The notes beneath the pieces are model-generated. The model made no database searches, had not been told where the DNA came from, and worked only from the letters and a program-made list of their open reading frames with translations. DNA of 38,841 nt from Welwitschia mirabilis. Lineage: Eukaryota. Below, piece after piece: positions 12,794 to 25,399 of this stretch (within the stretch, counting starts at the first letter, position 1; every line of letters starts with the position of its first letter). The position numbers were made by a program, and so were the translations under genes. The DNA lies in the NCBI GenBank assembly GCA_051453625.1, contig JBOZIK010000001.1, positions 13,983,578-14,022,418 on the forward strand, given 5' to 3'.

Positions 12794-15214
12794 AAATCCG
12801 ATGCATTGTAAAACTATGATTAATGAATTTGAAAACCCAACATGCCTAACTTTCTACATAACTAGTAAAGAGTAAATAAATGATTTAGACTTATGTGGAT
12901 CATCTAACTATTATCATAGATGATATTGTGGCCATATATCATGGTCGTAAGTTTTATTGGAAGTATCTTCTTGGTACTTTAGTGCCTTATAGTAAACTTT
13001 ACATGAAGTTACATTAAAATATTTGCTCGATTTCTTTTGAGTTTTTTGAAATATTATTGTCCTTGGATTCTATGGATTAGGTAATTCCTTTTTCTCCTCT
13101 GATTCCTATGGTTAATGCTAGATTAATTAGCATAAAACATACTGCTAAGTCCATGGAAAACCGAGAACCCTTTTTATGTTTGTCAAATGACTTTTCTTCT
13201 TTCAAGGAGACCTAATTTCTATTTTTTATCTACTTCTTTTTGGATGTCCACCTTTAAGCTTCTTATAGTTCCTTATCATACTATGCTATTTTTTTACTTA
13301 ATTTACATAATAAAATAAATTATGTACCTCCATTCTTCATAATCTTTTCTTTATTTTGTGTGGATTTGAAATATAGTGATTTACTACCTTTCTTGGATCT
13401 AAATAAATTGTAATGTTTAAAATTATAGAATTAAGATTAAACTTCAGATTTAATAAGGAATTTTAGAAAGTGAACAATAAAGACTTTGATAACCCATTAA
13501 TTTCACAAAAAATAAAGTATCTCTTTATCCATATAATATCTAACTATAATAGTAATTATATTTTCTCTACATCTTGTTCTAGTCTTAGACTAGTGGTCAA
13601 AGATAAAGATGTAAACTACAACCTTAGCCCCACTCCTAAGGCCCTTGAAAATTAGCCAAGATTATTGTTTGTTACATTCACCTCATTTATCTAACCCCAC
13701 CTAATTCCATGAGCTTAAGACTTAAAATGAATGAATACTGTGTTACAATTTATGGGTTGCACCCTTTTGTTATATAGTAGTTTCCATTAATTACATATTA
13801 ATCACTCTTAAAAAATAGTTAATACATTACAAAGTGATTTTAAAACATTACAATTATTCTTTCATATCTCAAATTTAATTTAAAATCAACCTTGACACTT
13901 TAATCTAATGAAAATTTGCTATATGATGGTAATAGCACACTAGCACATCTAATATGAACAATTATTAATACCTTACTACTATTATTTACATATGCTACAT
14001 GAATGTTTTATAAATTTATTTCTTTTATTTATTTTCTTAAGAACATTATAATATATGATAATAAGTAAACTTTAGAAAAAAAAAAGTTTATGGAAAGTAA
14101 ATAAGAAAGTTAAAATAAACATATGATTTTTTTCCTTGTGGTTTAATTCATGGGAAATTATACTACCCTTGTTAAGAAATGAAGGGTAAGCCTTAACTTA
14201 TTTGAGATCTTATCATTAAATACCTAGTTCTTATCTAAAAACATTTAATTAATCTCTTAATTTAATGCCAAATGTATTTCTATTTGTTATGTTCAAGTTT
14301 TCTTAATTGACATTTTTGGAGTACAACAAGCATTAAAGGAAGTTGTATTTCAAGGACCATAAAGATACTAATGTATCAAAGTTAAATTTTAAAAAAGAAA
14401 GTATAAAAATTTTGTAATATTTAAAAGTATAAATAATTTTTGCTAATTTAAGAATGTTAGTATATGAAATATCAAGGTAAAAGCATATCTAAAATGAGGA
14501 TTTATGGCTCAAGTTATGCTTGATCTTGACTAATGGAACTATGGGCTTTTCTCTAAACTAATGCTAGCTTAGGGAAGAGGAAGGAAGTGTAGCACACGAG
14601 TTGAATCCCTTCTTTAATTTGATACGCAATTTTAGAAATAGTACTAGTAGCATCAGATGGTTAATAATTAGTCCAACTAGGATGCTCTAGCATTTGAACT
14701 AAATTTGGATTGGTCATAACAAATCCTTCACAAAGTCATTAGCTTAGTGCATAACATTAGTAAGGCCTCTACTTGGTTAGCTTCTATGGAATCATTACAA
14801 GAACATCTTTCACACTTAGCCTTTCTTTTTTCTCTCAATTTCAACCATCACTTCAACCTCTTGAAAAAGGAAAATAAAGGGGTCTATAAGGGCATCTCCT
14901 TAGCATGGCGGGTTGTAGAACTACTTTAAATACTAGGTAGAAGAAATGTGATGATCCATGTTTATCTAGACTACTTGTATGTCTTCGGGAGAAGCCCATA
15001 ATTAACAATATATAATATAATACATAGTTAGTACTTGATAACATATAATTAGTACTTAATCCATTGAGTGCTATGAATCAGCTTCTCATTCATGTAGAAA
15101 CTATAACTATCTTGTAGTTTACTCTTCCTCCACTGTAGCATAAATGCTAGGCATAAATTGAATATCTTATGAATGCTTTCTTATGCATTATGATTTATTC
15201 TCTAATATCCCATG

Positions 15215-15645
15215 TGTTAAGAAATGGAAGAATAAATTAAAATAAAATATCTAAAAATTAATAGACATAGATTTTATCCTAGAGAAAACCTTTTGGTTAA
15301 AAAACTCAACAAATACTTAGACTAATTATTGCAATAGCTTAGCTTCAAAAGGAAGCTTAGAGAGAATTACGTATCTGATAGGAAATTTTTTAATAATAGA
15401 AAAAAATACCATTACCTTTAACACACCTTATAAGTCTTTTAAATAGACATAGAGATCTCCTATAAAGGGGTACTAAGAGGTAATTAATAACAATGGATAA
15501 ATAGAGTGAGTAGGAGTGAATAAAATTGAATGAAACTAGAGGATAAGTACATGAGAGAGTGTGAGGAGTTAACAAAAGTTAACTAAAAGTTTTCCAAAAG
15601 AAAACCTCTAATATATTTAGGCAAACTTTGCCTTCAACTCTTACA
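15215..15645 (-). repeat. 3' LTR of copia element 2
   Basis: TGTTAAGAAATG...TTTGCCTTCAACTCTTACA, colinear with 18174-18621. Confidence 0.85.
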
Positions 15646-18159
15646 ATTCTCTCTTTTAAGATAAAGCTATCTTAAAGATTAGTAAAAACTATAATAGTCT
15701 TATTTTTCTTTGATATTAGTAGCTATTTATCATCATAGAAATTTTCCAATAGGTAGTGCTTTAGTTAACATATTAGCATGGGCTTCTTTAGTACTAATTT
15801 TATCAAGAGAAATCCTCTATTTTTCTACATTTCTCCATATATAATGATATTAAATTTCAATGTCTTTTGTTCTATTGTAAAACATAGGATTCTTGGATAT
15901 GTAAATTGTAGTTTAACTATCATACAATAATGCATAGTTTTTTAAAATTAATTTTGAGTTGAGATACCAACCTCTAGAGCCATATTTCTTTATAACTAGC
16001 TAAGATACAGGAATATATTTAGCTTCTATAGTAGACTAACCTATACATGATTATTGGTGGATTTTTCAAGAGATATTATAACTAAAGATATTAAACTTAT
16101 ATTTACTAATTGATCTCCTTTTTTTAAGGTTATCATTCCTATCAGTATTTACATAACATCCACATAGCCATGTAAATTGGATGAGCTTTTTTGGTAATAG
16201 ATATCAAAATCCATAGTACCTTGAAGATATCAGAGAATGCATTTCACAATAATCCCATGTTGTTCTCCTACATTAGACATATACTTATTAAGTGTTTAAG
16301 TGCTAAAAATCATATAAATTAGTCAACTAACATGCATATGGAATTTTTTCCATGACCTCTTTCTCTTCAATTACCTTTGGACATTATTTAGTTATGAATT
16401 TCATTCTAGTTTCACAAGGAATAGATACAAGCTTACATTCTTGCGTACTAAATCTTTTAAAAAATTTTTCAATATATTTAGATTATCTAAGTTAAAATTT
16501 TTATAATTCTTCCTATTTCCTTTAATTTTAATGTCAAAATTATTATGTGTAGAATCAATAGTTTTCAACTCAAATTGAAAAGAAAAAAGTTATTTTAATT
16601 CTTAGATTCCATGTAGCTCATTTCCTACTTTTAACACATTGTCAATATATAATAGTAGTATTAAAAATTTATCATTTTTATTCTTAACATATATGCAGAA
16701 ATACTCTTGATTTATATCAAAACTAAGACTTATCATATGATCATTAAACTTTTTATTCCACATCCTTAGTGCTTGTTTAACCTCATAAAGTGATATTAAT
16801 ACATGATGCCCTATATGATTTTTCTTTTTTACTTCATATCCATTAGGTTAAAACATGTAAATATCTTCCTCAGGATCACCATTAAGGAAAGAAATTTTTA
16901 TATCCATTTATTTAAGTTGTTATTGATAATAATAATGTTATGGATGAAAAGTTCTTCAGAGGGGAAAATATTTCATCATAATGAATTCTTTTCTTCTAGG
17001 AATACCCTATAGCAATAAGATAAGCTTTATGTTAGCCATTAAGTTTAACCTTGAATACCCAGTTACAATTAATTAGTTTCCTACTACATGGTAGTTTAAC
17101 TAATTTTCATCTCTTACTTTGATAAATACAAGAAATTTCATCATCCATTTCTTGTTTCCACTTTTTAGAATAAAGAGATGTACCAACTTTATTATATGTA
17201 AGTGGATCAATTCTAGTGACTAGAATTTAACCTTGTAAGTAAGTGGATAAATTTTCTCTTACAGCAAGAATGTCTTAATATTTGTGAAGGTAATAGAACT
17301 TCATATTAAGACTTCAAATCCTTAGATTCTCCTTTACTTAAATCATTCCTTGTATTATCATATTAATTTTCATTATCCCTTTGGTTAAATAAAATCTCTT
17401 CTACCAACAAGAGTTACCTTCTTTTCTTTACTGATTTGAATAAATACATATTTAAGCATTACATCAATAGGGTTACTGTTCTTAATTGGTCCACAATTCT
17501 CTTTAAAGATAACATCATAGTTATAGATGGTCCTTTTTATTTTAGGATTGTATATCTTAAACGATTTAACAGTATGATGATAACCTAGGAAGATATAAAC
17601 CATAGAATTATAGTCTAGTATTGACCTATTAGTCTTTGAAATATGTATATAGGCTTTGTATCCAAAAACTCGTAGGTTATTTAAATTTATGATTTATCAC
17701 TTTCAAATTCCTCTAGAATTTTTCCTTCAAGTATAAAAGATGGAGACATATCAACAAGATGGAAAATTCTCATAATAGCTTTATCCTAGAAACATTTTTT
17801 AATCTCACAATCATTAAGTAGACATCTAATACATTCCATCAACATTTTATTAAAGTGTTTAGCCACTCCATTTTCCTTAAGAATTCTTGGAATTATCTGC
17901 TCCCTTAAAACTCAAGTTTTCTACAAAACTTGTTAAATATATGTGAGTAGTATTTTTTACTATTATCAATAGACCATTAAAATTCATTAGCATTATCAAG
18001 AGATGAATCTACAAACTATTTCGTAGAATGGGATACCACATGCAAGTCCTCTCTTCATAATTACTACCAGTGGATTTGTTAATCTTGATTTTTATAAGAT
18101 TTGTGATGATCTCCTCTTAGAATTAAATCTCTTAGGAAAACTATTGTGTCCATAAATTA

Positions 18160-18171
18160 GCTCTAATACCA
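18160..18171 (-). promoter_or_regulatory. Primer binding site (tRNA-iMet)
   Basis: Minus strand TGGTATTAGAGC, 11/12 match to TGGTATCAGAGC, adjacent to the LTR. Confidence 0.85.
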
Positions 18172-18173
18172 TT

Positions 18174-18621
18174 CATTAAGAAATGAATGTAGAATAACTT
18201 AAAATACAATATGCAAAAAATGATAAACATAGATTTTACCTTAGGGAAATCTTTTGATAAACATCCTTAGTAAAGTGGCTCCTACACTAATTATTTCAGT
18301 AGTTTAGCTTTAAAATAAAGCTAAGACAAAATTACATATTTATGAGGAAATTATGTTAATGGAAAAAGAGGACAACATTGTCATTAACATGCCTTTAACA
18401 CACTTTATACGTCCTTTAGATGCGTAAAGGGACCATTGTAAAGAGGCATTAACATGTGGTTAATAATGATGGATAAAGAGGAGTTAGTAGGAGTAAATGG
18501 TAGTAAAGAAGAATAGAGAATAAGTAGCTAATAGTGAGTGAGAAGTCAATAAAAGTTAATTAAAATTTATCCAAAATAAACTTCTAATAAATTTAGGCAA
18601 GCTTTGCCTTCAACTCTCACA
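18174..18621 (-). repeat. 5' LTR of copia element 2
   Basis: CATTAAGAAATG...TTTGCCTTCAACTCTCACA, homologous to 15215-15645. Confidence 0.85.
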
Positions 18622-20420
18622 TAATGAACACTAGGTAGAAGAAAAGTATGGTCCCTATTTCAATAACACAACATTCTATAAAAGCTTTTGATAAGCATAT
18701 AGAAGAAATGGTATCATCCTTTTTCCAATAACATAACATCCTATAAAGCATTCTAGTAGTAAGAAGATTGACCATCAATATGACGCAAACTCTCTAACTC
18801 AAGGGTGAGATTATCTTCAATGAACCATCCATCTGCAAACTAGTGTGCAAGACTTCCTCTATTTCTCTTTATTGTCTCACTTTTGTGTTCTTAGTGTTAT
18901 TTATTATTATATTAATTTCTAGTGTATTAGTATTTAGTTTTAATACCTAGTTGGGCCTGTGATTTTTCCCAATTTATCAATGAAGTGCATAAAACTTAAA
19001 TTCTCCCTAAAACAATGATTTATCTTTAGATGATGCATTTAATGTATGTATTTTTTAAAAAATAGAAAGTAACCATCTATCACAATCCAGCATTGATTAC
19101 AAAGCAATATAAATAAAATAAGGTGAAAGTTCCTAGAAAATATATGGGTTAAAACTACTTGGAGATTGTAGAGAAACAAAAAAAAGGGGATTAAAAACAT
19201 ATCTCCTATCTTAATGGTAAAGTATTGTTTCCATGACATTATGGTTGTGAGTTTGATCCTTATAAATGACTTTCAACAAACCAATGAAATTGTGACACAA
19301 TAATTTAAAGATTAAAAATTACACAACCATAGTTTTATAAGACATTCTAGGAAACTAGTCAATTGTCACCAAAGAGCATTTCTATACTTGTTATTGATTA
19401 TACTTTGCATTATCATTACTGTAATTCTAACTTATGTTTGGTATTGATGATTGTGAAATTATAACAAATGTATGTACCATGAGATTTAAAAAAAAAAAAT
19501 TATTAGAGTTGAAGTTATTACCTTCCCATTCTTAAGACTAACCACCTAGGCTTATGGTTACATATAGCACCTAGGAAGAAAATATATGTATAGCTTTTTG
19601 TGCTTAACATAATTTAAGGGAAGAAAAAGAAAATAAAATCATGGAATATCTCTAAATATGTGAGAGGGGATATTGGATTCAAAAATGACATTACATATAA
19701 AAAGGTAAGTTTCAGTATAGAATGACAAATATATTCCCATTACACATGAAAATGTAACTTTTAGTATTAAAAAAGAGACATTAATGAATGCCTGAGTACC
19801 AAAGAAACAACCGAATAAAACAATATAGTCTCACAAGGCAAAAGCCCTAGCTAATTCATATGAAATAAAAATGTTCTTTATTATCCGCAATGGGAATTTC
19901 TACATAGGTTATGTAAGAAGATCCAAAACCCACTTCTCTGAAATAAGAAGTATAAAATAACTACTCCTTGCTTTTTGATGAGAGTGAATTCATGGCCTAA
20001 AACCTAAAAACTGCAAAACCTGTGAAGAAAATCAAGGGCTTGGAAAACCCAGCAAGCTCCCTTAATAACGGAAACAGTCCTTGCCATATTTTTTTTCCTG
20101 AGTGTTTATCTTACGTCTCTGTATTGAGACCAGAGACTATATGAGTTGCTTATGAATGCAGGCTTTTCCAGGGTTTTAAAAAGGGAAAAGCACAGCATTC
20201 ACCCTCTCTCTGTCTGTACAAAATCTTTTCCAAGAACAGCGTTCACTCTTTCTCTCTCTGTACAAAACCTTTCCCGGAGAAAAAGTTGTATATACAAATT
20301 ACAGATATCAAAATGGATCTAAAATTTTCAGACCATGGCTGAAGATCGATTCTTCATGATTTCAACGCCAATTCATTTCAATTCTGATCAGCGTCAACGC
20401 CCAAACTACTGTTTCGGCTG

Positions 20421-20846
20421 CTACTCGTCCTGGTACGAGTAAAAACTGGGAGAAAGCTCGTGGATGGTCTCTAAGGATGGACACCATCTCAGTTTCGGCT
20501 CTGTTGCAGAAGGAAAATTTCTTCCCTCAACATCCTTCATGTCCGCTAACAATTGCTGAAGCTGTTTCACAGACATCACAACCTTCACTTTCATAGCCTC
20601 ATCTCCAGCGCCATTACCCCCTTTTTTCTTCTGCGCTGCCTTAATATGCCCAGATTTTCTTCTCCCTGCGGCAGCCTTATCTTCTATAACAGCCGGTTGC
20701 AGTTGCAGGGCGGATAACTTGCTGCTTATTTCACAGGAAAACATTGGCGGAGAAATTGGATCCGCACTTGACTGCTCGCCCGGCTCCACGGCCACTTCTG
20801 AGATCGACCATATTGTCTCCACACAAAAGCTCTGACAATTCCCCAT
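20421..20846 (-). CDS. Small intronless plant protein of unknown function (141 aa), probably N-acylated, with PADRE/DUF4228-like terminal motifs
   Basis: Open frame in a GC/CpG-rich island. Starts MGNCQSFC directly after a GA-repeat 5'UTR and contains MKVKVVMSVKQLQQLL and RWCPSLETIHE, matching the plant VRVKIVxxKxQL and W[RK]PxLE[ST]IxE motifs. Confidence 0.85.
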   Translation of the reverse strand: MGNCQSFCVETIWSISEVAVEPGEQSSADPISPPMFSCEISSKLSALQLQPAVIEDKAAAGRRKSGHIKAAQKKKGGNGAGDEAMKVKVVMSVKQLQQLLADMKDVEGRNFPSATEPKLRWCPSLETIHELSPSFYSYQDE

Positions 20847-20852
20847 TATCTG

Positions 20853-20892
<40 letters not shown>
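20853..20892. repeat. (CT)n/(GA)n microsatellite in the probable 5'UTR
   Basis: About 20 CT units with one interruption, 6 bp upstream of the ATG. Confidence 0.95.
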
Positions 20893-20896
<4 letters not shown>

Positions 20897-20909
20897 TCAG
20901 TAAAACCGA

Positions 20910-20951
20910 TAAGAATGAAAAGACTACCGTTAAGAATGAAAAAACTACCAA
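20910..20951. repeat. 21-bp tandem duplication
   Basis: TAAGAATGAAAAGACTACCGT followed by TAAGAATGAAAAAACTACCAA. Confidence 0.8.
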
Positions 20952-20959
20952 TGTTTTGT

Positions 20960-21345
20960 TAGGTTTTAAATGCGGAGCTAAACTGTCTGGATTTCTGAGA
21001 CGTGGGCAGTTCGTGATAGCCACGATCTTCGTGTGCGGGGCATTCGTGCGCGCATCACGCCGCACCGCCTCTGCAACATGCATGGAGGATCATTCTTCAG
21101 GTCCAAAATGTCTGCTGCATAGCATACTGAAGTTTAAATTAGGGTTTCTGTGTGTATATGTGCATATACATGGACTTATATTCAAGATTAAAGGGGTTGT
21201 TAAGGTGGAGGATTGCTGTAATAGAACTTATATTCAAGATTAAACTAGGTTTGTTGGGTCAATATATATTTATATTCAAGTTGCAGGCGAGCTACAGATC
21301 TCGTACCCTCCATTTCTGAAGCGACGTCACATGATGGGCTTGAAG
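20960..21345 (-). promoter_or_regulatory. Probable proximal promoter of the small gene
   Basis: TATA-like TTTAAAA (~20964-20970), ACGTGG (21000-21005), CATGCATG RY (21077-21084), telobox AAACCCTA on minus (21140-21147), GACGTCA (21323-21329), TGGGCT (21335-21340). CpGs are retained. Confidence 0.55.
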
Positions 21346-22036
21346 TGTGGACTCCCTCTAAAATAGAATGCCCTTTATAAGCCTTTTTTCCGTTTTCCTT
21401 AACTCATTGTGACATCCCCATCACAAGATCCATGCTGGGAGCTACTAAGTTGATTAGCAGTCTCACATCGGTCACTACACACAACCCTTGAAAAGTTTAC
21501 AAATGTGTTTTGGTTTTTCTTTTTAATGCGTTTGTTTAGAGAGGTAGTTTATGATTTGTAATTGAGACATTGAAGCTTATGTCAAGTGCATGTTGAATAC
21601 ATAGATGTGTTACAGTAGCGATAATATACATTGAGCTTTACCTTTTTTCCTCTCAAAGTCATTGAAGCATTGCTCTACTCTTAGGATGTCTATAATATGA
21701 AATCAAAATCTTTCATAAGATAGTCATGAATTTTTGTTAATAAATAAAATAAGTCATTAACCAAGCTATTGGTTTTAATGTTCTGTTTTTAACTAAAAAA
21801 TTATATAAGTTTCAAAAATTCAAGAAAGTGAAGTAACTTAAGTGATGAAAACACAAGAGATATTAGACAATAACTATTCAGTGTTAGCTATTCATATACT
21901 AATAGACATTAGAGGGTTTTCTATACTTGCAAATCAAAGAAGTTTTTTATAATTGTGTAAATTTAATGATGTTAAGCAGATTTTTTTTTGAACTATAAAG
22001 ACACAAGATTTAAGTGTTTTAAACATTGTGACAATT

Positions 22037-24206
22037 TGTCGCATCCAGATTTTTGAAGGTCTAAATATTTAGCCTAACTAGTTAAATAAAAACTAAATAA
22101 AAATATTGTTCATCTAGTGGACCTACTAAGCTTATTTATCTACTAGATTCTTTATTTATTAGTATATTATTATTATTATTATTTGAGATATAATTCTTTA
22201 CTCTATTAGTTGAAACTTATTATGTTGCAATTATTAATTTAAATATTTTCTTTTCTTGTAACTACTATAATTAATAGTTTATTTTTTAGTCTTCTCTTGT
22301 TTAGTTAATGATATACTTTAGTAGCTAAATTAGTAGTTATCTAAATATTATCTCATTTCCTTTTGTAACTATTGCATTTAATGTACCATGATTAATATGT
22401 TCCCTTATTTTATTACTTTCTCGTTTTAGTGCATACAAAAGATTCTTGTAGTAGCTATAGCTATTAAGATGCATAATATTGGCTTATTTTAATGTTTTAT
22501 TCTAGTAGTAAACCCTAAAGTGACACCCATAATTATGATGTTGCATTTTTTAATTAATAGTTAACATATATTCATTATGATTAATATTTATATGAGGTAA
22601 AATATTATCTTGATGTTTCTATTGGAATTACTTACTAAATGTCTCATCTTGATTCTTTTTCTTAATAATTACAAGTAGTGAGATGTTTTTAAAATTTTGT
22701 CATTCATTTTTGGATGTCTTATTTTATAAATACAAATTCTTTTTTTCCTTTTCTTAAAATAGTAAAATGTTATGTAACTAGAATTTATCTTCTTTGTACT
22801 TATCTTGCAAAATGATGAAAACTTTGAATGATGTAACTTATGTATTGATGATGAAGGCATATTTTTCATAACTATTAACTACGTATTATTAGAAAAATAT
22901 TTTTGGAATATTCATCATTTACTGTTATAATGATAAAATATTAAGTTTACCTAATGACCAAGCAAAGTAATTATGAGGGTTTAGGTAATCATGATCATTT
23001 TCCAAGAATATTAGTAACTTGTATGTATTCCTTGAAATTCTCAATACCTTTTAAATCCCTTCATCTTATTATAAATAAGATTCATTTTTCCCTTAGTATT
23101 TTTCTTCTAAAGACTTTTTAGTCTTGAAATATTGGCTAAATTTAAACTCTTTAAAATCTTAGAGTTGTAGGAGCTTGGGGGTAGCAATCTTGAATCTTGA
23201 AAAACTTCATGTCAAATCATGGGTATGGTTTTAGAGTTCTTTTTTATCTCTTGTATGATTATAGGATATTCTCTTATTTCTTGTATAGATCTATATATTT
23301 CTTAAATTTTCTATGATCTATATTTCATGTATATCTCATTGAATTCTTATGGTTTTCTTGTATATTTTATAAGGTTCTATTGTTATTTCATTTTTAGTAT
23401 GAATCCATTGTATTATTACATCTTGTGTATGGTCTCAAGTTCTTACATCCTTTTCTGGTCCTAAGAAACTATTCTTCATTTTAATATTATGATTTCTTGA
23501 ATATTTTGTAAATTTTTAGAAATATCTTACATAACTTTAATCAGTCTCAAATCTTACTATGATTATTTGCTATATGATTTAAATATTATTTATACATGGA
23601 TATTATTTATTGTAAAACATTCTTGATTCCTAAAAAGTAAATTTGTTGCACTACCAACTTATGCAAATTTGATAGGGTATTCTAAGTTGTTTTGTATGTA
23701 AATAGATAGATAAATTCTTGGTTTCTATGATAATGAAGAGTTAGGATAAAAAGGATGAAAATGTGTAATCTCCATGATAATTCACAAGCATTATGAATAA
23801 ATATGAATAATTTATATTTCTGATGATAATTTCCTGCAAACATTAAGGCTAATGCAATGACTGAACAACTATAAAAGGCCATCATCTACCTCATCATTTA
23901 AATGATAGTACAGACAACCATATCAATTAGATGCTAATTAAGGTCTGACTGGTACTTGATGTGGATAAATTATGAGGTGGCATTATATTCTCTTTTGTCT
24001 AGAAAACTAGCCAGATAACACAGTTGTAACATCTATACTATACATTCACCAATGTTTTGCAACTTATATTTCCATTTTCTCTTTATGTGGCCATTATGAT
24101 TTACCCATGCCTTTCTCTTTGCATTATTTTGTGTCTTTAGTTAATAAATAGAGATCACTCTCTTAACTTCTACTTGTCTTTGTTTGCATCCAAAATTATT
24201 ATGATA
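22037..24206 (+). repeat. Long AT-rich repeat, possible gypsy (Tekay/Tat-like) LTR
   Basis: Begins TGTCGCATCC, has TATAAATA (~23070), ends TGATA before a weak PBS-like GGAAATCAAAGAGC. A second copy lies at 26962-28950. No TSD seen; boundaries are uncertain. Confidence 0.4.
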
Positions 24207-24738
24207 GGAAATCAAAGAGCTGAAGATCCATCCTGTAATTCTAGATAGACATTTTCTTGTTGTTGAATGAAATTTCCTCCATTGATGTATGACTACTTTA
24301 TAGCATGGATGCAGTTTAATTCCTAATACAAAACATATCCTTTTTTGCTTTAATATGTAGATGTTTCTCTCTTTTATAGCTTATATTACTTGAGATCTAG
24401 TGATAGTTTCTCTTATGATATAGGTTATGAGTGCAACCTTTGTCAAGGTTATGCTTAGTTAGTTTAGGTTAGGTGCATTGTTGTTTTATTTCTTAGATTA
24501 GCTTTGTCTAAGTGTGTTTTATTTTATTTTTATGCATTGCAAGTTATTTCTGTAGATTAATTTACCAGCGTTTCTCTTTTGAAAGCAACTTTCTTATTTC
24601 CTACTTTCACCTTGGATGGACTACAACATTTGGGTCAACTCCCATCTATGTTAGTATGTTCTATTTCTACATTATTATTTGTGATTAATAGGATTCTACT
24701 CAAGATGTAAATTTTACATAAATATGCATCACAACATC

Positions 24739-24757
24739 TTGTTACCATTGTCAAGGA
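24739..24757 (+). promoter_or_regulatory. Athila-type PBS (tRNA-Asp-like), decayed
   Basis: TTGTTACCATTGTCAAGGA versus TTGGCGCCGTTGCCGGGGA. It follows an LTR-like ...AACA end at 24736 and precedes gag. Confidence 0.7.
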
Positions 24758-25399
24758 AGGCTACTTGGAGTTCCAGAGTTATTGTTACTTTAATAAGTAT
24801 TTTGGTTCAGATGCTTGTTGTAATAGTAGTGTAATAGTATCTGCAGTAGCATAGTCTTTTTCATTTTTGTAGAGTTAGTTTTTTATTTTTTAAATCAAAG
24901 TATTTTTTTTTATTTTGTAATAAAAGTTCATCATCTGCTTCATCATCTAGATGACATGCGATAATAACAACCTTTGAGCCATGATTTTTTTATTTTAGTT
25001 TTTTTTGTTAAAATTTTTATGGTTTTTTCCCATTGTTTCCTTTGTCATCCAAATGAATCAAATGGATGATGATCTATTTTCTAAGTTTTTTGTCAGAGTT
25101 AGTATTTCATTTTCATTTTCTGCTTTTTCTTTCTTGTGATTTTTGTGTTTCTATTATCTAGGATATTATATAGATGATGATAAGAATAGCACACTGCACA
25201 TTTGAGACTAAGCATAAACGGTTAAATCTAGTAATAAATGAAAATACTAGAGAGAATAACTATTAATTACTAAAAACATTAGAGAAGGTTTAATAAATTT
25301 AGAAATTAAAATAGGTAAAACTAGCAAAGTTATCTAAGATTTTGAAATTCTTACAATTTCCACTTTTATTTCTATAGAGTTTGATTTTGCTACCATGTC

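Larger units (their letters stand above)
15215..18621 (-). mobile_element. Internally deleted Ty1/copia LTR retrotransposon (Tork/Tnt1-like)
   Basis: LTR pair, PBS, PPT-like AAAAGAGAGAAT (15646-15657). Integrase ENGVAKHFNKMLMECIRCLL and IFLGYHHTVKSFKIYNP..YDVIFKE, RT LYEVKQALRMWNKKF and LLLYIDNVL, RNase H KISTKEAHANMLTKAL. Gag and protease are almost entirely deleted. Confidence 0.88.

Noticed and set aside
12794..14150. Possible continuation of Athila RNase H/integrase or another gene
   Set aside because: No recognisable protein motifs in the frames I read; left unannotated.
20847..21083. 79-aa N-terminal extension of the 220-aa ORF
   Set aside because: It reads through the promoter, the 21-bp duplication and the GA microsatellite (ERERER). 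MGNC at 20846 is the more plausible start.
20744..21243. Plus-strand ORFs 20744-20962 and 20956-21243
   Set aside because: Non-ATG starts, antisense to the gene and promoter, and no recognisable motifs.
21340..21480. Possible short LTR/TRIM remnant (TGTGACATCCCC, AGTCTCACATCGG)
   Set aside because: Only short motif resemblance, with no paired termini, PBS or TSD.
22027..22043. Short palindrome TGTGACAA-T-TTGTCGCA
   Set aside because: Too short to interpret, and it may simply overlap the putative LTR start.
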